Shown here: piece by piece, positions 1-9,590 of the stretch
Position numbering within the stretch: the stretch's first letter is position 1
Layout: every line of letters starts with the position of its first letter
Assembly (NCBI GenBank): GCA_019454125.1
Contig: CP075365.1
Span: 488,218 to 552,217 of the forward strand
Origin: Fimbriimonadaceae bacterium
Lineage (GTDB): Bacteria; Armatimonadota; Fimbriimonadia; Fimbriimonadales; Fimbriimonadaceae
Direction: 5' to 3'
DNA length: 64,000 nucleotides
The notes under the pieces: generated by a model
Databases searched by the model: none
What the model was told of the DNA's origin: nothing
The model's input: only the letters and a program-made list of their open reading frames with translations
Position numbers and translations under genes: made by a program

Positions 1-2835
1 TGCTTCAGGGTTTATGGTGCGTAGCCACGAAAGGTCAAGGCCCACGATATCGACGTTCCCGGTCAACTCATCGTCACCAGAAAGCGACCCATTAGCAGTC
101 AGAAGACCAGCGCCAGTGTTCCATTCTAGAGAGCTCAAATCAAAGTCTGTGCTTGCTTTCGAGCCGGATAGGGTAAGCGCTCCAGCTTGGCGTCCGCTAA
201 CGACCAAGTCACTCAGCGTGACTGATAGATAAGGGATTTCTGCGGAGCCGCCCGAAGATCTCGCCATGACCGTGCCAGAGCCGTTACCGGCTAGCGATTC
301 TAGAGTGTTGCGAAGGGTCGCATCCTCAAGACTCCAACTAGCCTTCGACGCTGCGATCAGGGGGCCGAGGTCGACGTTATAGGCCAACGCTTCAGCCGTC
401 CAGCTCCGGTCTTCTGTGTCAAGGTTCAACGCTGAAAGCTCAATATATCTTTCAACCGTGCCGAGGGTGCCATTAGCGCTAAGGTTGCGGCCGACAAGGT
501 TCGCTTCCAAAGTTCCGCTGCCCAATAGGGCGCCCGAGGCCGTCAAGTCTGTCAAGCGACCTTCGAGCCGGCCACTGCTTGACACGCCAGCGCCGCCAGC
601 GCCGAAGAACGTTGCAGATAACGCGCCGGTCAACGGGACATCTGCCGTCAGATCTCTTGGTACCTGCCTTAAATTTAAAGCGGTAACGGTGCCCTGCCCC
701 GACCACGCTTTGCTGCGAATATCATAAGTGCCGCTTGCTTCTGCTGTTCCCCCAAGCACCGAAACCTGTAGCTCTTCAACTGTCACCGTGCTTCCTTTGA
801 GAAGGAAGCGACTCGGCTTCATGCTGGCCTCCGATCTGAGCAGATAAAGATTGTTCGATTCTAGGGTAGCTTCAACAATCGGATCCTCAAGTGAGCCACT
901 GATGACCCCGTTTCGAACCGAGACAGTTCCAAAAACGTCAGGAGTATCAAGGTCAGGAATACGGAAGTTCCTCCCCGAAAAAGTACCGCGAAGGTTCCCT
1001 GAATTAACATTCAGGGAGGCCCTTCCGAAAACAGAGCCGTTGAGTGCCGTAGCGATAATACGATCAGCGACAATCTCCTGATTCTTGTACGTGCCGCTTA
1101 CGACGGCATCATTAAACACGCTGGATGTCTCGCCCCTACTCTTTGCTGCTAGCTCGTACGTAATCAGCGGGGCATCGTATGTCCCCGTTATCGATGAACG
1201 ACCGTTGACAAGGACTCTCGCGCCTTCCGCTTCGGTGCGCACTTCGACATTCTCAGCGGCGACCTGGAACGCGAGCTTCCGGTTTGCGAGGTTCGCCTCA
1301 CCACGGGCCAAGAGGTTGCCCTCCTGAGAAGTGCCGGCAAACTGCCGTAAAAGCAAAGTATCGCCCTTTATGGACGCCCTTGCTGTGTAGTTAAACCGCT
1401 TATCACCAAGCTGCGGTAAGTCTCGGACGAGCCACGAACCGCGCGAAAAAACCTCAACGTTCGGCCGCGCCAGCGGGCCTTCCACAAGGATCTCGGCGTC
1501 GCCAGTCCCGGCCAGATAAGGAACGTCGTAGCGCTGGCCGATTTTGGCCAAGTCGAGTCGCCGCGCGTCAATCCGAGCATGTACCGAGTTGCGTGCTAGA
1601 TCGAGAATTCCCGAAGCCTGAAACCGCTGGTTTTCGTAGGAGCCCGAGGTGCTAGAGAGGGCCAGCAGTTTGTCGTTTAGGACAAACCTTGTGGTTATAT
1701 TGCTTAACAGCTGGCCTTCGGCCACAATCCTGCTAGCACGAAAGAGGCCCTGTGCATAGACTTTTTCACCCTCCGTCGCCACCTTTCCCTTAGCATCGAG
1801 TTGCGAATACTGCAAGTCTCGAGGAAGTAGCTTGGTAATCTCGGAGGGAAGACCCCTTCTAGATGCAGAGGTCAAGCGGGCATCAGCGACCAATTTGGGG
1901 CTAGGTTCCCACTGTAGAGCGCCTTTCGCGGATAAAGTGTCTTGTGCTTGTGAGACATTGGCTACGACATTGGTCGTTATAGAGTCGCCAGACGCAATGA
2001 TCCGTACGCGAGCATCGTTAAGGTATCCCGGTAAGTTGACAGAATCCCCTTCGATCGAGACCGTGCCGTAGGCGAGGGGTTTGGAATCTGCCGTTCTCAG
2101 AAACTCGATGGTCCCGTCGACGCTAAATCGTTCGGCCGTCCAACTTGGTATCGACTCGGAGGAACTTTCAACAAGTCGCGTGATAAAGGGAAGGGCGCTT
2201 CGATAATCCGAGTTCCTTGATTGCAGCCGGACCCAGAGTAGATCATGCGACCCGGTTTGGACCGTTAACTCCGAACGCCTGATCCCGGGTGCAGAGACTG
2301 TGCCGTGCGAAAGGGACAAATCACCGCTTGATGCAACGTTGAGCCCTTCCACGAGTAGTTTAGTGGAGAGTTGCGGCGATTTAGAAGAGTCGATATAGGT
2401 TATGCTTACGGAATCAATCGCGAGCGTAAAAGGTGTCTCTTCCCCCTTTGGGGGGCCACCAGGAACCAAATCGATGATATCGTAGCTACCGCCACCCAGG
2501 TGTTCGACGGTCATGTCTCCTTGGGTAGCAACAACCGCAATGGTTCCTCCGACCATGCGGATATCAGCCCGAGAAACTCGTGCGATAGTGCGTTTAGCTC
2601 CCTCAATGCTCAGGCCGGTTAGATGAGCCTGTCGCATTTCGAGATCAACGCTATAGTTCTCTACGCGTATCCTGAACGTCTTCCCGCCATTGTTATAAGG
2701 GAGCGAAGCAGGCGTTCCCGGGGATAACAGAACTTGAAAGCAGGCAATTGCATAGAGTCCGCCCATAAAAAGGATGAGCGACGGCACAACCCATTGAAAC
2801 AAGGGGAGCAAGAGCCGTTGCAAAATCCCGTACAT
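1..2835 (-). CDS. AsmA/TamB-like large envelope-assembly protein (N-terminal ~945 codons; 3' end lies beyond the window start)
   Basis: Absent from the ORF track because there is no stop in the window. Hand translation from ATG at 2835 gives MYGILQRLLLPLFQWVVPSLILFMGGLYAIACFQVLLSPG..., an N-terminal TM anchor. The same frame is still open at nt 3 (...NGSLSGDDELTGNVDIVGLDLSWLRTINPEA). No competing ORF above about 105 aa occurs on either strand across 2.8 kb. The repetitive G/S/T/N/L beta-rich composition is typical of AsmA/TamB. I did not translate every codon. Confidence 0.5.
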   Translation of the reverse strand, partial: MYGILQRLLLPLFQWVVPSLILFMGGLYAIACFQVLLSPGTPASLPYNNGGKTFRIRVENYSVDLEMRQAHLTGLSIEGAKRTIARVSRADIRMVGGTIAVVATQGDMTVEHLGGGSYDIIDLVPGGPPKGEETPFTLAIDSVSITYIDSSKSPQLSTKLLVEGLNVASSGDLSLSHGTVSAPGIRRSELTVQTGSHDLLWVRLQSRNSDYRSALPFITRLVESSSESIPSWTAERFSVDGTIEFLRTADSKPLAYGTVSIEGDSVNLPGYLNDARVRIIASGDSITTNVVANVSQAQDTLSAKGALQWEPSPKLVADARLTSASRRGLPSEITKLLPRDLQYSQLDAKGKVATEGEKVYAQGLFRASRIVAEGQLLSNITTRFVLNDKLLALSSTSGSYENQRFQASGILDLARNSVHARIDARRLDLAKIGQRYDVPYLAGTGDAEILVEGPLARPNVEVFSRGSWLVRDLPQLGDKRFNYTARASIKGDTLLLRQFAGTSQEGNLLARGEANLANRKLAFQVAAENVEVRTEAEGARVLVNGRSSITGTYDAPLITYELAAKSRGETSSVFNDAVVSGTYKNQEIVADRIIATALNGSVFGRASLNVNSGNLRGTFSGRNFRIPDLDTPDVFGTVSVRNGVISGSLEDPIVEATLESNNLYLLRSEASMKPSRFLLKGSTVTVEELQVSVLGGTAEASGTYDIRSKAWSGQGTVTALNLRQVPRDLTADVPLTGALSATFFGAGGAGVSSSGRLEGRLTDLTASGALLGSGTLEANLVGRNLSANGTLGTVERYIELSALNLDTEDRSWTAEALAYNVDLGPLIAASKASWSLEDATLRNTLESLAGNGSGTVMARSSGGSAEIPYLSVTLSDLVVSGRQAGALTLSGSKASTDFDLSSLEWNTGAGLLTANGSLSGDDELTGNVDIVGLDLSWLRTINPEA

Positions 2836-2847
2836 GGGCTAACACGC

Positions 2848-3744
2848 TTAGCGTATCGGAATGGGTTGCAGATCTTCCAGTCGCGAGGACAGCACTTTCT
2901 CGCTAAACGCAATCGCGTTATAGGAACTGCGGATAAAGGGGCCGCTAGCCACGAACGAGAACCCAAGTTCGGCACCGATCGTCTCATATTCTTTAAAGAT
3001 CGACGGATGCACGTACTCGACAACGGGCAAGTGGCGCATGGTGGGGCGCAGATACTGCCCGATTGTAACGGCGTCAACGTTAGCTTGGCGGAGATCGCGC
3101 AGTGTCGCTACGACTTCGTCTTGGCTCTCGCCGAGACCAAGCATGATTCCCGACTTCGTAAAGATGTACGGATATTCGAGCTTGACGTTACGCAAGACCG
3201 AGAGGGTTCGATCGTACTTGGCTTGCGGGCGCACAATAGTGTGAAGTCTTGCAACCGTCTCGATGTTATGGTTGTAGATGTCGGGTTTGGCTTCGCAAAC
3301 AGTGCGGATGCACTCCAAATCTCCGCGAAAGTCTGGCGTGAGAACTTCGACGATAACGCCGGGAACCACTTCCTGCAAGGCTTTAATCGTTTCGGCAAAT
3401 TGTGCCGAGCCTTGATCCTTAAGGTCGTCTCTGGCGACGCTGGTGACGACGACGTGGCGCATCCCCATATCCCGAGCCGTCAGTGCCACATTCTTGGGTT
3501 CGTCAGGATCCACGGACAGCCCGCGTCCGACCTTGATTGCACAGAACCCACAGCTGCGAGTGCATGTGTCCCCGAGGATCATAAACGTCGCGGTTTTCTT
3601 GCTCCAACACTCGGGCAAGTTTGGACATCGAGCACTCTCGCAGACGGTATGAAGGTTCTTAGACCGAACCATTTGCTGGACGTCGCGAATGGTATCAGGG
3701 CGGGGAAGCCGGATCGTCAACCACTCAGGCAACCTTTGCGCCAT
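2848..3744 (-). CDS. lipA: lipoyl synthase
   Basis: 298-aa ORF with the radical-SAM motif CTRSCGFC and the N-terminal auxiliary-cluster motif CESARCPNLPEC; full-length match to the LipA architecture. Confidence 0.95.
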   Translation of the reverse strand: MAQRLPEWLTIRLPRPDTIRDVQQMVRSKNLHTVCESARCPNLPECWSKKTATFMILGDTCTRSCGFCAIKVGRGLSVDPDEPKNVALTARDMGMRHVVVTSVARDDLKDQGSAQFAETIKALQEVVPGVIVEVLTPDFRGDLECIRTVCEAKPDIYNHNIETVARLHTIVRPQAKYDRTLSVLRNVKLEYPYIFTKSGIMLGLGESQDEVVATLRDLRQANVDAVTIGQYLRPTMRHLPVVEYVHPSIFKEYETIGAELGFSFVASGPFIRSSYNAIAFSEKVLSSRLEDLQPIPIR

Positions 3745-3811
3745 GCCTCATTATGGCCCGTCGGGCGGCGGGCTCCCGGCGCGATTGGGCGCGCTTGGTT
3801 ACAATGGTGGC

Positions 3812-4495
3812 GTGCCCCGACTGCTTCTCCTCCTAACCCTTTTCGGACTGGTGTTGGCGGGCCTCTCGGGTTGGTTGTTGAACGAGGCTTTCAACCGGTC
3901 TCCGGGCACAATTGTCTCAGAGGCGCCGAACTTGTTAGATCAAGTCCGGCACCCGGTGACCGAGCCGATGCTCGCTCGCACGGAAGCCATCAAGGGTCTA
4001 GAGTGCCCGGAGATCATTCTCCAAGATAGCTTCGGAAAGCCGCTGAATCTGGCAGATCAGTATAAGAATGGGCCGCTGGTCTTGGTGTTTACCAAAGTCG
4101 GATGCCCCTGCAGTATGGAGGCTCAGCCGTTCTTCAACGAGCTGGCAAAGAAGTTTGGCGAGGGCGCCCGGTTCGTAGGCGTGATCGACGGCGCCCCCCA
4201 CGACGCAGCGCGTTATAGGGAAGACCTCAACGTGACATACCCCATGGCATTGGCGGGCGGGGGAGCGATGTTCAAGCTCTTCGATGTCAAGCGCTCTGTC
4301 TACGTCTCGCTTGTCGGGCGGGATGGAAAGGTCGTCAAGCAGTGGCCGGGTTACAACAAGGAGATGTTGCAGGACTTGAACAAATCGGTCGCTAAGCAAG
4401 CGGGTCGCGACGCGATCGTCCAAAACGTTTCAGAGGCGCCTGACGAACTCAGCTCGGGCTGCGCATTTGATGCGGCCACGCCAAACGGCGAGTAA
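3812..4495 (+). CDS. membrane-anchored thioredoxin-fold (TlpA/ResA/redoxin-like) protein with a CPC motif
   Basis: The track ORF is 3689..4495, but its 5' part overlaps the lipA start. The in-frame GTG at 3812 gives VPRLLLLLTLFGLVLAGLSGW (signal/anchor). The body PLVLVFTKVGCPCSMEAQPFFNEL...VSLVGRDGKVV resembles periplasmic thiol-disulfide oxidoreductases. Confidence 0.6.
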   Translation: MPRLLLLLTLFGLVLAGLSGWLLNEAFNRSPGTIVSEAPNLLDQVRHPVTEPMLARTEAIKGLECPEIILQDSFGKPLNLADQYKNGPLVLVFTKVGCPCSMEAQPFFNELAKKFGEGARFVGVIDGAPHDAARYREDLNVTYPMALAGGGAMFKLFDVKRSVYVSLVGRDGKVVKQWPGYNKEMLQDLNKSVAKQAGRDAIVQNVSEAPDELSSGCAFDAATPNGE

Positions 4496-4497
4496 GG

Positions 4498-6927
4498 TCA
4501 CGCGAGGGTGTTCGGGTCGACGTCGATCGTGATCGCGAGAGTCCCTTTAGAATGGCGTGCCAGGGCGGCCAGGGGTGTTGGATCAAGGCCGAGCGGTAGC
4601 TTCACCAACACATGACGCCGCCAATTCTGCTGGATTTTTTCGATGGGACAGCTCGCCGGGCCGATCGGTTGCGCGCGAGGCAGGAGGCGCGTAATCTCGG
4701 CGCGGATCTCGTGAGAGGCTTTGGTGACCAGCGTGCGGTCCGGCCCTGATACGATCACGTTGACGAGCCGGCAAAGCGGCGGGTAGTGCGCGCCTTGCCG
4801 TTCGCTCATCTGCTCCAGAAAGAAGCTCTCATAGTCGTGTTCGCTTGCGAGCACGATCGAGGGATGTCGCGGGTTCAGAGTTTGGATGACGACCCGACCC
4901 GGGGAAACGCCCCGGCCCGCGCGGCCGGCGACCTGCGAGAGAAGTTGGAAAGTTCGCTCGGACGAGCGGAAGTCGGGCACGGCCAGCGAAACATCGGCCG
5001 CGATCACCCCGACGAGGGTGACCTTCGGGAAGTCCAGCCCCTTCGCTACCATCTGAGTTCCGACGAGAATGTCCAGGTCTTGAAGTCGGAACCTAGTGAG
5101 AATCTCGTCCAGGGCTCCTTTTCGCGCCGCCACATCTCGATCAAGCCGGGCGACCCGGGCATGGGGGAAGGTGCTTGCGACCGCCTCCTCGACCCGCTCC
5201 GCGCCGATCCCGAAAGGCAGCAGGTGCTCGCCCTGGCACTCTGGGCACAGCGAGGATGCGGGGACCGTGTGCCCGCATTGGTGGCAGAGCAGCTGGTTCG
5301 CCCGACGGTGGAAGGCCAGCGAGACACTGCAATTTGGGCACGTCGCGCGGTGGCCGCAATCCCGGCAGATGAGGAACGGTGCGTATGCGCGCCGGTTCAA
5401 GAAGAGGATCGCTTGCTCTTGGCGCTCGAGGGTGGCCTCGATCAGCTCCTCGAGCCGCGGGCTCAGGATCGCCGGCTTCTTTGTCCGGTAGAGCTCGCCC
5501 AAGTCCACAATCTCGACTTCCGGCAACCGGGCGTTGGCGGTGCGGTTCGGCAGGCGCGCGAGTTTGCGCTTGCCCGCCGTCGCCTCGTAATAGGCCTCGA
5601 GGCTTGGTGTCGCCGAGCCCGAGACGATGACGGATGAGTGCCGCTGGGCGAGCCATTTGGCGAGCACGCGCGCGTCGTACCGGGGGGCCTTGTCCTGCTT
5701 GTAACTGCCCTCGTGCTCCTCGTCGACGACGATGAGCCCCAAGGACTCGAAAGGCGCAAAGAGGGCGGAGCGGGCGCCGAGTACGATCGGCGCCTTGCCC
5801 GCGCGGATCCGCAGCCATGTCTCGAGCCTCTGCCCCGGGGTGAGGTTGGAATGGACGACGGCGACTTGCGGCCCAAAGCGCTCGCGGAGTTGGGAGATCA
5901 CCTGTGCGGTCAGGGCGATCTCTGGCACAAGGTATAAGATTTGGCGCCCAGACTTTAACGCGGCCTCGGCTACGCGGAGATAAACCTCGGTCTTGCCCGA
6001 CCCCGTGACGCCGTACAGAAGGAAGGGCTCGAACCGTCTAGCCTGAATCGCCGATTCGATCTCATGGATGGCCGCCTCTTGGTCTCGGTTTGGAACGGGC
6101 GGCTGCTGTCGGGGGCCCTCGGGCTCGCTCCCGACTTCCTCCAGGAGTCCGGCCCGGATCAGCGCGTCGACGACTTCGCTGCTGACCCCTGCGAGCGCTT
6201 TGATCTCTTGGATCGTGAACGCGCCCGAAGAGGCCCCGCGCAGCTGGAGCAGCGTGGCCGATTGGGCCGGCTTGCGCCGTCCGGCCCCTCGAAGAAACCC
6301 CTCGATCTTCGCCTCGTCTCCGATCAGGCGAACCTGTTGGCCCGAGCGGCCCACCTGCCGAGGCTGGCCGAGGACGATCCTTCGGGTCACCACGCGGCGC
6401 GCTTCGAGCCCTGCCAGGGTACGCCGCGCGCCGGGCGCCACGGGTTTGGTCCGGCGGTCGGTCAACTCGCCCTTCTCCTGCAAGACCTTGACAACTTCGG
6501 CTTCCGCCACGCTCAAGACGCCTTCCGGTTGCTCCTCCGCGAGCCGCCACTCGGTGAAAAGCCGCTCGCGGATGCCAGGTGGGACGGCCAAGGCGATGCA
6601 GTTGGGAACCGTCGAGAGCGTCGTGCGGGCCGTTTCCACCAAGAGGTCGATGACGGCGGCGGGCAAGTCCAGGCCTTCGATGCGGTGCCCTAGGGGCTTC
6701 AGGCGCCGGGCGTCGAAACCAAGGTCGGCAGGTGCGACGCGCCGCAGGGCCGTGACAAAGCCGATTTCGTGGCGGGCTCCCAAAGGAACCAGGTGTGCCC
6801 GACCAATTGTGACAGTTTCATCGGCTAAATATGTATAGATCGCTTCGGCGCCGCCTGCACGCGCGTCTAGGGACACTTCCGCAACGAGAAGTTCACCGCA
6901 CGCTACCGTCGTCTCCGATCCGTTCAA
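4498..6927 (-). CDS. priA: primosomal protein N' (replication-restart helicase)
   Basis: 809 aa. Walker A GVTGSGKTEVY, DEEH box and the PriA-specific Cys-rich zinc insertion CRDCGHRATCPNCSVSLAFHRRANQLLCHQCGH...CPECQG. Confidence 0.93.
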   Translation of the reverse strand: MNGSETTVACGELLVAEVSLDARAGGAEAIYTYLADETVTIGRAHLVPLGARHEIGFVTALRRVAPADLGFDARRLKPLGHRIEGLDLPAAVIDLLVETARTTLSTVPNCIALAVPPGIRERLFTEWRLAEEQPEGVLSVAEAEVVKVLQEKGELTDRRTKPVAPGARRTLAGLEARRVVTRRIVLGQPRQVGRSGQQVRLIGDEAKIEGFLRGAGRRKPAQSATLLQLRGASSGAFTIQEIKALAGVSSEVVDALIRAGLLEEVGSEPEGPRQQPPVPNRDQEAAIHEIESAIQARRFEPFLLYGVTGSGKTEVYLRVAEAALKSGRQILYLVPEIALTAQVISQLRERFGPQVAVVHSNLTPGQRLETWLRIRAGKAPIVLGARSALFAPFESLGLIVVDEEHEGSYKQDKAPRYDARVLAKWLAQRHSSVIVSGSATPSLEAYYEATAGKRKLARLPNRTANARLPEVEIVDLGELYRTKKPAILSPRLEELIEATLERQEQAILFLNRRAYAPFLICRDCGHRATCPNCSVSLAFHRRANQLLCHQCGHTVPASSLCPECQGEHLLPFGIGAERVEEAVASTFPHARVARLDRDVAARKGALDEILTRFRLQDLDILVGTQMVAKGLDFPKVTLVGVIAADVSLAVPDFRSSERTFQLLSQVAGRAGRGVSPGRVVIQTLNPRHPSIVLASEHDYESFFLEQMSERQGAHYPPLCRLVNVIVSGPDRTLVTKASHEIRAEITRLLPRAQPIGPASCPIEKIQQNWRRHVLVKLPLGLDPTPLAALARHSKGTLAITIDVDPNTLA

Positions 6928-7531
6928 ACCCAGCAGGATAATAGCGGAACGAGACGGTCGCGCCCTCGGCCGCGTCCAAACGCCGCTGTCGGATGTAAGC
7001 GCCTTTGGCCCCGATTTCCCAGCCTCGACGCGGGATCGTCTCCACGACCTGGAAGACGACGCCCGGCTTATAGGAAATGCTGAACTGGAAGTCAGTCAGG
7101 GGGCGGCTTTGGGCAGGGATGCGGAAAGCGACACAGCGCTCGACGCCGTCCGGCCCCGACCGCTGCACCCGGAACGATGCGGCGCACCGGACGGGCACCC
7201 AGGACTTCGCCTTCATCTCGATCGGCGCGGAGTATGCCGCCGTCCCCTCGTTGTGCTGGAGCGTCACCTCGTGGTCGCCGACCCGCATCTTCGGGGTCGT
7301 TCCGGGCCAGCAACTGCGGCGATCCGCTTGGAACTGCAACGTTCCTTTGACCGGCTTTTCCCCAGGGTTGTGGAAAAGCGTCGTCGTCTCGTAGGCCGCG
7401 CGGCTTAGGTCAAGTTGCACTCGGCTCGTGACCCAAAGGCACTCGACGTCCCGTGGGCCGAGGAAGGCTGGTGCGCTGAACGTCGCGCCCGGAGAGTCCA
7501 AGCTCAGGAAGAGAAAGAGGATGGGCGCCAT
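6893..7531 (-). CDS. hypothetical secreted protein
   Basis: 212-aa ORF with a hydrophobic N-terminus (MAPILFLFLSL...), sitting between ribH and priA on the same strand. No recognisable family. Confidence 0.45.
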   Translation of the reverse strand: MAPILFLFLSLDSPGATFSAPAFLGPRDVECLWVTSRVQLDLSRAAYETTTLFHNPGEKPVKGTLQFQADRRSCWPGTTPKMRVGDHEVTLQHNEGTAAYSAPIEMKAKSWVPVRCAASFRVQRSGPDGVERCVAFRIPAQSRPLTDFQFSISYKPGVVFQVVETIPRRGWEIGAKGAYIRQRRLDAAEGATVSFRYYPAGFERIGDDGSVR

Positions 7532-7532
7532 G

Positions 7533-8018
7533 CTATTCGAACGTCCCGGCGTCCTCCAGGTCTCGGACTTTCTTGAGAACGTCTAGGGTCTCCAGGCAGG
7601 CGAGCGCCGCTTCGCGACCCTTGTTGCCGGCCTTCAGCCCAGCTCGGTCGAAGGCTTGGTCTTGGTCTTCCGGCAGGAGGACCCCCCAGCCGATCGGGGT
7701 GCCTAACGCCGTCTGCAGATTCATGAGTGCAGATCCAACTTGCGAAGCCAGGAGGCCCGCATGGGACGTTTGGCCCTGCATAATGCACCCTAGGGCCACG
7801 ATCCCGTCGAAGCGGCCGGTCTCCACCAGTGCGCCGGCCACGATCGGGATCTCCCAGGCGCCAGGGACATAGACCACGGTCGGCTCCATCGCTTCCGCAC
7901 GGCGCAGTTCTGCAACTGCCCCGTCGACGAGGGAGCTCACCACCATCTCGTTCCACCTGGCGGCGACGATAGCGATAGGGCGCCCAGCCCCTTGCGGCCT
8001 GCCTTCCACAATCTCCAT
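7533..8018 (-). CDS. ribH: 6,7-dimethyl-8-ribityllumazine synthase
   Basis: 161 aa. IAIVAARWNEMVVSSLVDGA...VPGAWEIPIVA...ALGCIMQGQTSH are typical RibH motifs. Confidence 0.93.
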   Translation of the reverse strand: MEIVEGRPQGAGRPIAIVAARWNEMVVSSLVDGAVAELRRAEAMEPTVVYVPGAWEIPIVAGALVETGRFDGIVALGCIMQGQTSHAGLLASQVGSALMNLQTALGTPIGWGVLLPEDQDQAFDRAGLKAGNKGREAALACLETLDVLKKVRDLEDAGTFE

Positions 8019-8132
8019 GTCGCGAAGTATGGCTCCCGTCCGTTTCGGCTGGTGCGGTTAGGCCGCTTGGAACAGGCGTCCATCCCGGTGCGTAGCCAGT
8101 GGGGGCAAGCACTGCCCAAAAGTAAAGCCGCT

Positions 8133-8942
8133 ATGGAGACGCCTGAAACGACCCACGTAACTGACGGGACCTTGCTTCCGGACATCCAGAAGACCAAGGA
8201 CACTCGCAACATTCCGATCGACAAAGTCGGGGTGCGGGGCGTGAAATATCCGATAACGGTCTTGGACCGGGATAACGGCGAACAACAAACCATCGGCGAC
8301 TTTACGCTGACTGTCGATCTTCCGAGCGAATTCAAAGGCACGCACATGAGCCGCTTCTTGGAAGTGCTCAACCAGACCGGTCGCCAAGTGAGCGTCCACA
8401 GCCTTCCGGAAATGCTCCACCAGATGACTTCCCGTCTCCACGCCCGCCAGGCGCACGTGGCGATCCGCTTCCCGTTTTTCATGGTGAAGCGTGCGCCCGT
8501 CACGGGCGCCGAGGGCATGATGCAGTTCGAATGTGGCTTCGATGCGGAAGGAAACGGGGAGTTCGAATCGAAGCTTTTCGTGCGCGTTCCCGTCACAACC
8601 CTGTGTCCTTGTTCTAAAGAGATATCGAGCGCGGGGGCCCACAACCAGCGAGGTTGGGTAACGGCTAAGGTCGTCCCGAACGGTCACATCTGGCTAGAAG
8701 AACTTATCGAGATGATCGAGGCTTCCGCCTCCTGTGCGCTGTTCCCGGTCCTAAAGCGTCCTGACGAAAAGTGGGTCACCGAAACGGCTTATCAAAACCC
8801 TAGGTTTGTCGAGGACATGGTGCGAGAGGTGGCCCTGAGGTTCGATAGCGACGATCGGATTTTGCGGTACGAGGTCGAAGTGGAAAATGAGGAGTCGATC
8901 CACGCCCACAACGCCTACGCGTACCTGGCCCGTTCCAAGTGA
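8133..8942 (+). CDS. folE2: GTP cyclohydrolase I type 2 (FolE2/MptA family)
   Basis: The track ORF starts at 7992 and overlaps ribH. The internal ATG at 8133 (METPETTHV...) leaves a divergent promoter gap. Motifs: IPIDKVGVRGVKYPI, GTHMSRF, CPCSKEIS..GAHNQR. Confidence 0.88.
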   Translation: METPETTHVTDGTLLPDIQKTKDTRNIPIDKVGVRGVKYPITVLDRDNGEQQTIGDFTLTVDLPSEFKGTHMSRFLEVLNQTGRQVSVHSLPEMLHQMTSRLHARQAHVAIRFPFFMVKRAPVTGAEGMMQFECGFDAEGNGEFESKLFVRVPVTTLCPCSKEISSAGAHNQRGWVTAKVVPNGHIWLEELIEMIEASASCALFPVLKRPDEKWVTETAYQNPRFVEDMVREVALRFDSDDRILRYEVEVENEESIHAHNAYAYLARSK

Positions 8943-8963
8943 CCTGACAGAAATGGGATCCAT

Positions 8964-9566
8964 GTGCCAAAATCCCCCCGGAGCAACCCCGGCGTGGCAA
9001 TCGACACCAGCGACTTCAAAAATGGCATCGCTCTCTATATGGATGGAGAGCCGTATCAGATCATAGAGTTTCAACACGTTAAGCCGGGCAAAGGCGGAGC
9101 CTTTGTTCGCACAAAGCTTAAGCGACTAAAGACCGGCAATACGCTGGAGCGGACCTTCCGCTCCGGCGAGAAGTTCGATCCCTGCTTCCTCGAACGCAAA
9201 GACTTCCAGTTCCTCTTCAAGACGGGCACGGAGATCACGCTCATGGATATGGACTCTTATGAGCAGATCGGTGTCGAGGAATCCCGCATCGGCGACGGAG
9301 CCCGTTTCCTGAAGGAGGAAGCGGGAGTGACCGCCCTCGTCGCGGACGGTGAGACGCTCGGCTACGAGCTTCCAAACTTTGTCGAGCTCCAAGTGACCGA
9401 GGCCGAGCCGGGCGTCCGGGGGGACACGGCGAGCGGCGGCGTCACCAAAGGCGCCACGGTCGAGACCGGCGCGGACGTCCAAGTGCCCATGCATATCGCC
9501 GTCGGCGACGTGATCAAGATCGATACGCGAACCGGTGAGTACCTGGAACGCGTCAGCAGAAAGTGA
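8964..9566 (+). CDS. efp: elongation factor P
   Basis: 200 aa. FKNGIALYMDGEPYQIIEFQHVKPGKGGAFVRTKLK with the conserved KPGKG loop; full-length EF-P. Confidence 0.95.
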   Translation: MPKSPRSNPGVAIDTSDFKNGIALYMDGEPYQIIEFQHVKPGKGGAFVRTKLKRLKTGNTLERTFRSGEKFDPCFLERKDFQFLFKTGTEITLMDMDSYEQIGVEESRIGDGARFLKEEAGVTALVADGETLGYELPNFVELQVTEAEPGVRGDTASGGVTKGATVETGADVQVPMHIAVGDVIKIDTRTGEYLERVSRK

Positions 9567-9590
9567 GGGGCTTACGCGGCCCCAAGTCCG

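Noticed and set aside
2734-4029. Long ORFs antisense to or overlapping confident genes. Examples: 2734..4029 (+), 20715..21392 (-), 23824..24948 (+), 25469..26614 (+), 32504..34153 (-), 42735..44732 (-), 48463..49437 (-), 54781..55947 (+), 55964..57367 (-) and 58639..59616 (-).
   Set aside because: Each lies opposite or out of frame to a gene with clear family motifs (lipA, plsX, the flotillins, the repeat protein, the 909-aa protein, pcrA, the OMP, the MCP, ligD). Their translations are Arg/Pro/Gly/Ala-rich low-complexity strings typical of shadow frames in GC-rich DNA.
8019-8132. A possible FMN (RFN) riboswitch upstream of ribH, and at 13101-13189 upstream of ribE.
   Set aside because: Neither gap contains the conserved RFN core segments I know (GGGGCGAAAUUCCCCACCGGCGGU-type and CCGACGGU...GUCCGGAUG-type), and both gaps are too short for the aptamer of about 130 nt or more.
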